64,000 nucleotides of DNA from Azolla caroliniana. Its lineage: Eukaryota > Plantae > Polypodiophyta. Below the pieces are notes generated by a model. It had not been told where the DNA came from and did not search any database. It saw only the letters and a list, made by a program, of their open reading frames with translations. The DNA is taken from assembly GCA_043228905.1 (NCBI GenBank), contig JBHGNT010000018.1:1984001-2048000 (forward strand). The letters are read 5' to 3'. This document shows positions 10,220-21,800 of this stretch, piece after piece (the first letter of the stretch is position 1; each line of letters starts with the position of its first letter). The position numbers and the translations under genes are program-made.

Positions 10220-13200
10220 ATGGAGCCTCACCTGTTCCATCTCTTCTTTTTCTTCGCTCTATTCTTGCAGAGGAGCGTTGCACATTCCATTACGTATCCT
10301 CCACTCTATGATCTTCTCATGTCTGACGGTATAGAGAAATTCCAGAGTTCTTCTCATCAGCATGGAAGCAATCTTCTTTCTCAAGATTTGGCAGCCCGGC
10401 GCAACCTCGCAGGAGAGAATTCTACTTGGCAAACTCTCTCAGGTAAAGAAAGAAGAATAGAAGCTCCGAGCTTTCCATAGTTCTCTGTCTCCCGCTCATC
10501 CTTCACAATTCCGTGTTTTTTCTTCACTGTCTTGCATACACAGAAGAATGGGAAGTTTTTCCTGTAAGAACTGCCACTCTGTGTTTAATTTTTTAATTTT
10601 TAATGATTATGCTAGGTATACATGTACACCCTAGAGAAATAATTCCATCTCTGTTCTTACTCAGAAGGTATTCTATCATTAATCTTCATTGTAAACAATT
10701 GACGTCAATGTCAAGAATACTCTTGCACTACTAAAAGAATATGCAGAAACACACCTATACTACAACCAGCAATGATGCAAAACTTACTCTTATCATGTTA
10801 ATATAGACTCAGCAAATATGTTAATGCGAAGATTCTAGGTTATTACTCTAGCTATGGTGTCTGTTAAAGGCACATACAAAATAGAGCAAATGTGACTAAC
10901 AAGATTATTTTGTGGATTCTTTCAAGGTTCACCTCCCCTTGTTGTATCACGTGGAGACAATGGGATTATACCAGATCAAACATACATTGCTTATATACTT
11001 GCAAAGGAAATTGGCCTATCCAGTTCAAGTGCTTTTTTATGCGATGTACAGATAACCAAGGATAATGTCCTGATATGCCGCACGGGATTGAATCTAGGTC
11101 GCAGCACCACTATCAACAAGACATTCCCAAATTTACATACCCAGCTTGATGTCAATGGACAAACTGTGTCTGGATTCTTCTCCATTAACATCACCTATGA
11201 TCAAGTTGCAAATAACATATCAGGTACAATTTCCTCTCTATTTGCATTCATTTACAACCTTGGTTGAATCGAATATGTAAAGCATAGTAAGTTTCATAAT
11301 GTAACACATTTGTTCCGATCACAGAAGATGTTAACCGAAGGCTTTGAATCATGTAATTAAATATCCCAATCTTTAATGCTGATTAAACAAGATGTTAACA
11401 CAATGCTTACTTGTTGACATGCCAGCCATACAAGCAAATACTGCACGACCATCACCTCGTCAATTCCCGATCTTTACCCCTTATGCAGCATACAACCGTA
11501 CTAGTGGGCCATTGTGGATAAGTGTCGAGGTTATACTCTAGTTCTTCAATAAATGATACATTGCATCATGGATAATTATATTTATATACATGAATATGAC
11601 ATATTTATATATGTGTATATATATGTACATGCACATGTATATGACATATTTATATATGTGTGTGTATGTGTTGTATGAGGATCTCATACCTGTTTGCCCT
11701 TTGTCCAGTATCCAACCTTTTATTCGCAGAACAACTTTGATGTGGGAAGCGCCATAGCTGAACAGCTATTGGGTACCCCTATTGCTTACCTCTCCTCACC
11801 AGAGGTTGGGTTTTTGAAGGATGTGCAAAATAATTTAACGAATTCCACCATGTTTATACTCAAGTTCCGGACCAAGGATGAGATAGAGCCGAGTACAAAT
11901 CAGACTTACAGGTCTCTATTAAACAATCTTACAACCATTTCAGCCTTTGCCTCAGGGATCTTAGTTCCCAAAGACTATATCTGGTCAGTGAACAATGATT
12001 CTGGCTATTTGGTATCGGACAGTGGACTGATTTCTAAAGCTCACAATGCAAATCTGGCTATATTTGCCTATGATTTTGTCAATGAACTGTTTCAACCACC
12101 CATCTATAACTATAGCTTCAATCCTGTTCTCCAATACCTCCAATATGCACCCTCAACAGGCCCCAATGTGGATGGATTTTTCACAGATTTTCCAATTACT
12201 GCATCAAAGGCCCTAGGTAAATAAAATGGCGCAGTTCCACTTAAAATTTCCTGATTCATGATTCTGGAAGCAGAAAAGGTACTAAAATCACTTGAATTGT
12301 TTTAATGCAGCATGCTATAGGAGTATCCCATCTGTGAATCAAACAGGTAAAAAGGAAAAGATGGTTATTAGAGTGAAATTATTTGTGTTTGATGAAAGGC
12401 AAAACATCAAAATAACCTGAATTTGTTGGATATTTATTATGGAGAAGAATGCTTTTCTTGCTATAATGTAACATTACTAATTTGTTTAACACAGGAAAGC
12501 AGCCCCTGATCATTTCTCACAGTGGGGCTAGTGGTGATTATCCTGGTTGTACAAGGCTCGCATATGATGGTGCAGTGAAAGGGGGGGCTAACTTTATTGA
12601 TTGCCCTATACAGATGACTCAGGATGGAGTGCCCATATGTAGGGGATCCCCTAATCTGCTGAGTAATACTGATATTGCAGCAAATAGTGATCTTTCTAGT
12701 CGTGTTTCTTCTATTCCGCAGTTGAAGCCCCCAAAGGGTGTTTACACGTTCAACTTAACAATGACGGAAATTCAAAGCTTGAAAGGTATTATGCATGTGG
12801 ATTGTTTATATTCTGAATGCATGGAGATTATTTATATCCTGAATCACAATTTGAAAGCACTGCCTTTATTCACATTACGATGATAACAAATTACAATCCT
12901 CTTGTTCATGACAGCAACGATGGATAATTCTGATTTCGAAGGATTTCCTGTGCAACAGAATACCGGGTATGATAGGCAACAAGGCATCTTAACGTTTGCA
13001 CAGTTTCTAGATTATGCCAAAAATAAAAGTGTCAACATCCTTGTTGACATACAGGTATCCGTTTATTTATAATGTTCTCTTCTTTGATTGAGAGATGAAA
13101 ATCCTCTATCAATTGAAGATTTGAAGCATTACATGGCCTCATGCATTTGTTCTCACTGAAATGGATATTGATTGTTTGAAACAGAATGGTTATTTTCTGG

Positions 13201-14874
13201 AAACACAAGTTGGTATCAATGTCATTGGAAAAGTACTTTCAGTTCTGTCTGATGCAGGGCTAAATTCGGACAGAATTGTGATCCAATCTGAAGATAGTGC
13301 TGTTCTTAAGCGTATTAGTCAGACCAATAACTACACATTGGCGTATAGGGTTGTCGAAACTAATGTCACAATCAATGAAGTTGTAGTCACAGAAATCAAG
13401 GCCCTTGCTACCTATGCGACATTGCCAAGAGCATTAATTCAACCAACATTTAATGCTTTTCTTGTGAATAATAGTCTTGTGGTGGAGCAATTCCATGCAC
13501 AGAACGTGAGTGTTTTTGTTTCCTACCTCAGAAATATATTTATCACTTTACCGAATGACTATGAGTCTGATCCTACTGCGGAGATTGATACTATGGTTCA
13601 AATTTTCAAAGTAGATGGTCTAATAACCACATCTCCGGCTACAGCAAAAGCTTATTTGAGTAAGCCAACCCCCCTCCATCTCTCTCTTTTCAATTGGAAG
13701 ATGAAATGTATATGTACATACTCCTCACCTATATATGTAACAGGTATATCTCAACATATTCACCTATAAATATGCGTGTATGTATTTTGTTATACGTAAA
13801 CATACATATTACATACACAACCAAAAGCCATGAACAACAAAAACCGTCTGAATGTGCTTATGTGTTCTCTGAATGTACAAAAGCCAAGAACTTTTGATTT
13901 CTGAAGGCATTGATGCAGTCATGTGCACATATATGTCTTTATGCATATTTATTCTCTGTATATACACATGTATGATGTATGTATTTGTAATGCTCCGAAT
14001 GTACATGTTTGTATGCGAATGTATATATACTTGTACATATATAAATGTGTGCGCGCGCGTGTTGCATATATGTGCACATGACTGCATCAATGGCTTCAGA
14101 AATCCAAAGTTCTTGGCTTTTGTACATTCAGAGAATACATAAGCACATTCAGACGGTTTTTGTTGTTCATGGCATACGTAAACATACATATTACATACAC
14201 AACCAAAAGCCATAAACAACAAAAACTGCCTGAATGTGCTTATGTATTCTCTGAATGAACAAAAGCCAAGAACTTTGGATTTCTGAAGACATTGATGCAG
14301 TCATTTGCACATATATGTCTTTATGCATATGTATTCTCTGTACATACACATGTATGATGTATGTATTTGTAATGCTCCGAATGTACATGTTTGTATGCGA
14401 ATGTATATATACTTGTACATATATAAATGTGCGCGCGCGTGTTGCATGTATATATTATGTATTATACAATGTATACATATGTATGGGTGTGGGGAGGGTT
14501 TGTTCTGTTTGTTTTAACATTTGAGTCATATACCATAGATTTACTGAGATGTAATTGTTTCAGGCAATGGTTGTTTGAACGAGGAGACAGAGATAGGAGG
14601 GTTAGGTTATGCATCTCCTACTATCGTCCCTGGTGGGTACTTGATTGATTATACTCCAGGACTTGGACCCATCCTTGATGTTGACAAAAATGAAACGACA
14701 TTACCACTTTCAGTTAGCCCGAGCCCAAGCCCGAGCCTGAGTGTGAGCCCTGGTTCAACCACGAGTCCGAACCCTAGTACTACTGCAAATGGTGCCACTT
14801 GCAGATATTCCCATATCGCTAACTTCTTGCAACTCATCATCGCTATCATTGCTTTTCAATACCTTATGCATTGA
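10220..14874 (+). CDS. GDPDL: GDPD-like (SHV3/GDPDL) GPI-anchored protein, copy B, 9 exons, ~794 aa
   Basis: Exons 10220-10442, 10927-11223, 11426-11529, 11709-12216, 12311-12346, 12495-12785, 12915-13054, 13185-13659 and 14564-14874, all GT-AG, 2385 nt in total (in frame). Signal peptide, WQTLSGSPPLVVSRG, two GDPD-like domains (VDGFFTDFPITAS; ISHSGASGDYPGCT; VDGLIT), SP-rich linker and GPI signal. Confidence 0.93.
13792..14450. repeat. Direct duplication with an inverted middle segment in GDPDL-B intron 8
   Basis: 13792-14064 is repeated at 14174-14446. 14065-14173 is the reverse complement of 13827-13935. Confidence 0.92.
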
Positions 14875-16599
14875 TTCTGATGAAGACAATAACATTCGTC
14901 ATTTCATAATATTGACACAACCCTGTTATTTGTAGCAATATGCAAATTCAATGTATTTGTTTTTCTGGCGATGTGTATTCTTGTTGTACGTATAGAACCT
15001 TATAAAGGGCACCCTTCATTTTTATTGAGATGGTTTTTTGATACCAAGTGTGTTTTTAGTTGATATCAGGGGTACTAGTGCACGTATGACACGTATGGTT
15101 TCATAGTAAGAAGAAGGATATATGAAAGAAGAATGGCAGTACATAAAAAAGACAGACATAGAGAGAACAAGCATTTCTCCATAGTTATGAATAGATCTTC
15201 ATAGCTCTCTCCCAATGACGATGACGAATATATTTTCTGATTCCTGAACCCTAAGACTTCTCTTGCGTTCTGATTCGGAGAGAGAAAACTAGACTCATTG
15301 CTTTCTGATCCACTCTATTGCAGCAATTGGGGAGAATCACTCATGCCTTCTTCCTCATCAGTCAGCCAGACAGACAGTCTCAAGATACAGTCATGGCACA
15401 GTCCAAATTCGAGAAGAGACGCACAACATTTGTCTCTTGCAATTCTTCAGAGATGTCCTGTTGTTAGATCCCGCCTCATTCCATCTGCCGAGTCCCTTCT
15501 TTTCCTCCACATCCATCCGACCACGAAAGCAAAGGCTCTTGCAATGGTGAGATCCTTCTTCAGCACAGATCTCTCACATTACGTACAACATGTGAAGCTC
15601 TGCAACCGTGGGACAGTAAGCGCTCATCTCTCCCTCCCTTCCATTCATTCCATGTTTGGTTCCTGTAACTAATTTAAGTGGAAAGTACCAAACTACCGCG
15701 AGTTTGTCTCTTTATTTCCCCGAATGTAACTGGTTAACACCTAAAAGCGAGAATATGGTAGATGAATTGACCATAATTGGTAGAGGATAGAGGAGGGGTT
15801 TAGCCAAGGGGCAAATAAACAAAAACTAAAAAGTATATTTGAGTTTTTCCTTGTATTTGACATGTTTTTTTGTTTTTGTTCCTTGCAGCCAGAGGAGAGA
15901 TCGAAACTTGTTCCATTTCTTGTTGATAATTCCACAGTCAGATCCATCCATCACAGGTATGTTCTGTCCACATCATTTTTATGATATAGACAGCACTATT
16001 ATGTATGACATAGCCAAAAGAAGACCAAAGTTTTAGTGTTATTTGGAGTTGTATTGCTCCAGAAGAGCCTTCAATGAACATATACATTTATGCCCAGATT
16101 GTAAGTTGCTTTAGAATAATAACTTTGAATATTAAGATATTTGTTATTAAATAATTCACAACCAATCTAGGCCTGTTTTTCTTCTTTTAAATTATTTATT
16201 TTTGAGCACTAAATGGTCCACAGCATACTATTGATAAACAAGGGGAAACCTACTCCATAAACCCCTGCTTTTTCCTTAGATTCCCAAATGCCCTCGAGTT
16301 CTCATTCTTTCCTGAGCGTCCTTGGTCAACCCAAGAAAGTGATCAGCTGAGCTCATAATTGCTCAAATAGCACTTGTAATTGAGAGAAAGGCAATGAAAT
16401 GACTGTATAATTATGTAAAAGTAAAAAGTTCAGAAGTGGACAAAAGAATTTATTCAAGCAACAATCTGACATGTTGTTAGTTGGCCAGAAATTGAAGTAT
16501 ATTTTCAAGAACGTTGCCAGGAACTACTTAGCGAGCCATTCATGCAATTATTTAATGTTTTGATGGCAGCTAATTGGAGAGTTGAATCTATAAACTAGT

Positions 16600-18050
16600 G
16601 GAAAATTTTGGAAGGATCATGATATATTCTACGAAGTGGGAGTCTCATTTTGATTGGAAGGCAACACAAATGCCAATCGAGCTTATACTTCCACAAATTG
16701 ATCGTTGATATTGAACTATGCATTCTCATTAGGGAATGACGTCATAGCTTGGAGTAGCAAAAAGCAACCTACAGTGGCCTTATTTAGTACGGTTGAGTAT
16801 AGTGGCATGGTCATCACCGCTTGTGAAACCATATGGCACAACCAAAACTTGAAGTACTTCAACATTTGGATCAATGATTCCATTGATTATTTTGCAATAG
16901 TCTCAACATCATACGATTGGCTAGGAAGTAGTCACGTATTGAGCAAAATCTGAGGCAGTGTAAGTGTTCTATCTAGTAAGAGACTTTGGGCAGCTAATGT
17001 GGGGGAGAGTAGGAAGTGGTTCCGGCTAGAATTATCCAAAATTCGGAATCTTGATGGTTCACATTTTGGAACCGGCTAGTCTAGCTCCTATTTGACATAC
17101 TTCATATGAAAATCAAAGGTTTAAAAGAACAGAAGTTAAAAAAAGAAGGAAGAAAACCCTGTTGCCTCCGTTTTCTCGTGCATTTATTTGATAAAAAAAC
17201 TTTTGATGTTACCTAATAGATTATGAATCAAAATCTCCCTAGCTTCTTCGCATGTCAAATCCAAAATTTGTGCCTATAGGCCCTTTCCCAAAGCTCATAT
17301 TTAGAGGTACTAACTATCTGAAATTGTAGCATCAACTATAAATCTCTTCTAGCTAAATTTTGTAGCACTACTTATGCAAATGTTAGAATAAGTAATCGTC
17401 ATCATCAATGGGCTGGTCTTCCCCTATGTGATATTCAGGAAAGGGATTACGTAATTATTCTTTCCTTCGGTTTGTCATATAGGCGTGCCATCTCACTCCG
17501 TTGCTCTTTGCCTTTTCATTGTCATTCCGTTTGGTGCAAATGGAGATGTGGTAGGCATGTCTCTTTCTTCTCAACAACTAGTTGGCAAAGCCTAAGTAGA
17601 TGAAACATTTATAACACACATTGTCTATTGGAATAATAGGTTAATGAGGCATAGGAAATCTGTATATGTTCTACTATTTGTTATATGATGGTTCAAGTGT
17701 GAAAATTTATGAAGAAAAATAGTTAAATAAAAAAATTTAATTCCTTGTTCCGAATGACATGCAGTAGTAAACAAATGGACAAGAAATTTGAAATTCTGGT
17801 TAGGTTAATTAGAAGCAGGAAATTTTCGATTGTTATCAAAACATTTGTTGAACACTGAGGTGCCAGTGTTTGATGTACAGATAAAGCACATTGCGGTGCA
17901 CTACCACTACATCTAAGAGTGGATTGTAGCCTGAGACATTAATCTCCAACATGGTAGATGCCTTTACCAAAGCACTTGGTGTGGACAAGCTTGGGCAATT
18001 TTCAACGGTTCTCGCTCAAAACCGCTTGATCCACTGAACTTGAGGGGGAG
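16600..18050 (+). mobile_element. Decayed Ty1/copia RNase H remnant, split by a ~0.9-kb insertion
   Basis: IAWSSKKQPTVAL at ~16740, remnants of PVF..KHI.VHYHYI at ~17860-17915, and a polypurine-tract-like ttgagggggag at ~18040. Confidence 0.65.
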
Positions 18051-18853
18051 AGCAAAATAATAGGCAAAGGTCATCCGAGCTCACTTCCGCTCTAAATGAA
18101 TTATACAAAAGTAGAATAGTGGAAATCTAATAGAAAGAGAGGCGAGTCACAAAAATGGAATATTGCTACATGCTTAAACTGAGAGATGCAAATGTTTTCA
18201 AACAATAATTGAAACCTCAATTAGAAGATAAAATTCCGCTTGACGAAAGGAAATAAGAAATCCACAAATGATCAACATTAAGCTCCTCATGTAGAACCAA
18301 AGAAATTTGATATGAATTGGAAAACACAAGAAACTAATAAATACTGCATAAAAATGTAACTAAAGAGAAAAAAAGAGACATTAAGAAAGCATCGTTTTCT
18401 CTTATAAAAAGGCGCTTTTGTTGGTGGAAAGAAAGATGAGAGAGTTTTTGAGAGTGTAAATAGATAGATAGTTACAAGAGAGAAAATAGTCTTCTTGTGA
18501 TGGATAAAACATTGTGGAATCCATTGAAGCTTGTTGAAGTTGAGAAGTTGCCACATAGACGTTTACAAACTCATTGTGAGGCGGGAATTCTCATTAGAGA
18601 GAATCTCCATTGAATGTGTGCCTAATTCAAATTTAAGAGATTTTTTAGGATATTAGTATTCTCTAATATTAGCGGTTATGCACCTTAGCCATGTGATTTT
18701 TAACCTCTACAATGAGTGGTCAATATGACCATAGCTATCGTAATGGTGCATGGACAAAGTCATCCAATGTGGGCTTCTAGCTCTTTGATTTTTCCTCAAG
18801 GAAGCTTGCACCTACAATGACAACAAATGTATAGCTATTGTCCTTGTAATATT

Positions 18854-21800
18854 TGTTGGGTATGTGAGGAAGAGTGAGAAACACACAAGAGGCACACACA
18901 AGAAGCTCAAACAAAGAAGCACTCACACAAGGAAGACAATGGCTGGAATAGCTCTCTCTATTGATGAATGATACAAAAACTAATAGGAGCTGAAATATAT
19001 ATCCCTAAGTACTAAGTACCACCACATATGAGTGACTCATGTATGTGGTAACATGGGTAAAAAACCTCTAGCCAGCACTAGAGTAAAAAGTGCCCATGTA
19101 TAGGGAAAAATGGTTCACATCAAAGCTACTTGAGGAACACGTAAGTGTAACAAACCCCCCTGGAGCGAATGATGTGAACATGTATAAGGAGTGACAGATC
19201 AGCCCCCACAAGGCAATAAGCCTAAAGCTTTGTGAAAAGCTTCAAACTTTTCTCGTGGAAGAGCTTTGGTGAATATGTCTGCCACATTATCTTGTGTAGG
19301 CACATACACCAAATCAATATCTCCTGCATGAAGGCGCTCTCTCACATAGTGATAATGCACCTCAATATGTTTGGTCCGTGCATGAAATACGGGATTCCAT
19401 GCAACAGCCAATGCACTCTGACTATCTGTGAGAATACGTGTAGCAACATCAATCTCCATGCAAAGATCCATCAAAAGGCGTCTTAGCCATATACACTCCA
19501 CTGTAGCTGTGAAAACTGCCCTGTACTCAGCTTCACAACTTGATGTCGCCATTGTAGGTTGCTTTTTACTCAACCAAGATATACATGAGTTTCCAAGGAA
19601 AAAGCAATTACCACTAGTGGACACGCGAGTATTGTAACAACCAGCCCAATCACTAGTGGACACGTGAGTATTGTAACAACCAGCCCAATCACTATCTGTA
19701 AAAGCATGCAAGCATGGCTGAGTATCTCTACCATAAAAGAGACCCAAGCTCAAAGTGCCTCTTAAGATGTCTAAGCACGCGTTTCATTGCTTGCCAATGC
19801 TTAGTGCCAGGGCTATGCATGAATCGACTCAATTGGGAGACTGCATAATGTATATCTAGCCTTGTATTGCATGCATATATAAGACATCCCACAACTTGTT
19901 GATAAAGAGAAGTATCAAATGCATCACTAGAATCCTCAACAGAGAACCTAAATCCTGTCTCCACAAGTGTAGAAACTGGCTTGCAATCCTCAAAGTCAAA
20001 ACGCTGAAGTAGTTTTTTAACATACTTTCCTTGATGCATAACCATTCCCCCCCTCAACGGATACAAACTGGATGCCAAGATAGTAGCTCAAAAGACCAAG
20101 ATAAGTGACTTCAAAAGTATGCTGCAAATCAGCCATAAGAAAATCAAGTTTTGCTTCACATGACCCAGTCAAGAGTATGTCATCAACATAAAGAACGAGC
20201 ACTAGAAGATCAGCCCCATCTTTGCGTACATAAAGTGTGCTTTCAATCGGATTACATGTGAAGCCAAGAGCAATCAAGTGCTTATGGATTTTTTCATACC
20301 ATGCACGTGGAGCTTGCTTGAGACCATACAAGGCCTTATGCAAGCGACAAACCATATGCTCTTTCTCTTTCGTAGCAAATCCAGGAGGTTGCTTCACATA
20401 AACCTCTTCTTGCAAATCACCATTTAAGAAAGCTGTTTTTATGTCCAATTGATGCATTTTCCAACCTCTTTGGGCAGCCAATGCGACCACGGTACGAATG
20501 GTAGTCATGCGTGAAGTAGGTGCAAAAGTTTCCTCATAATCAATGCCATATTGTTGTGCATATCCTTTGGCAACCAATCTAGCTTTGTAGCGATCAATAC
20601 TACCATCGGACTTTCGTTTAATCTTGTAAACCCACTTAGTACCAATCACATTCTTTCCTTTTGGCAATTCACGTAACTCCCAAGTACCATTCTTATGAAT
20701 GGAATCCATTTCTGATTGCATAGCACTCATCCAATGAGGATCATCACATGCATCTTCAAAAGTAAGTGGCTCCTCATTACATGCTATTGCAACAATAGAA
20801 CAAAATTACTTGATGCATGGCGAGAGCTTGATCTTGTTTTACCAAGTAAAGGTGCACTCAATTTGCTATCTCACAAAGTTTGTCTCAGCCACCTCGGCAT
20901 AGTTTGTGACCTCTCAATAGCCATACGTTCATTATGTAATACATCTTCAATATGTACATCATGTGTGGGCTGAATTTCATGCTCATTTTCAGCCACATTT
21001 TGTTGCAAATGTTCAGCCATATTTGGTTGGACATTTCATGCATTTTCAACACTTATTTGCTGGAAATTTTCATCCCTTTGAAACTCACTTGGCTGGTCTA
21101 CATGTCCATGGTCAAGCGCACCACTTTGGAACAAAGGCATGAGTGTATCAAACACATCTTGTGAGTTAACTGTTGGGTGTTTTTTGCATTCAAGAAAAGG
21201 GAAAGCTGAATTTTCAGCAAATACCACATCTCGACTCACAATAATTGTGTCCGTCAATGGATGATACAAACGATATCCCTTACTTTCAGCACTATAACCA
21301 ACAAATATGCATTTCTTTGCCTTGTCATCAAGTTTGTGACGTTGTTGTGATGGCACAAGAGCATATGCCAAACAACCAAACACACGCATATGACTAACCA
21401 TAGGTTAATGTCCATTCCAAGCTTCATATGGCGTAATGACTCTCAATGCTTTTGTAGGGCAACGATTCAACACATAATTTGCACACATAACCGCTTCCAT
21501 TCAAAACTTGTTAGGAAGATGCTTTCCTTTAACCATACATCGTGCCATCTCTAAGAGTGTTCTATTTTTGCGCTCTGCAACACCATTTTGTTGAGGTGTA
21601 TATGGCACCGTACATTGATGTAAAATACCTCTTTCACAAAGAAAAGCATTAAACTCATGTGACATATATTCGCCACCATAATCCGTGCGTAGAGTCAAGA
21701 GCGTATTTGCGGAAAAATTTTCAACCATAGCTAAAAATGATTTGAAGCAAGAAAAAACTTCATTCTTTGCTTTCATAGGATACACCCATGTATGATGAGT

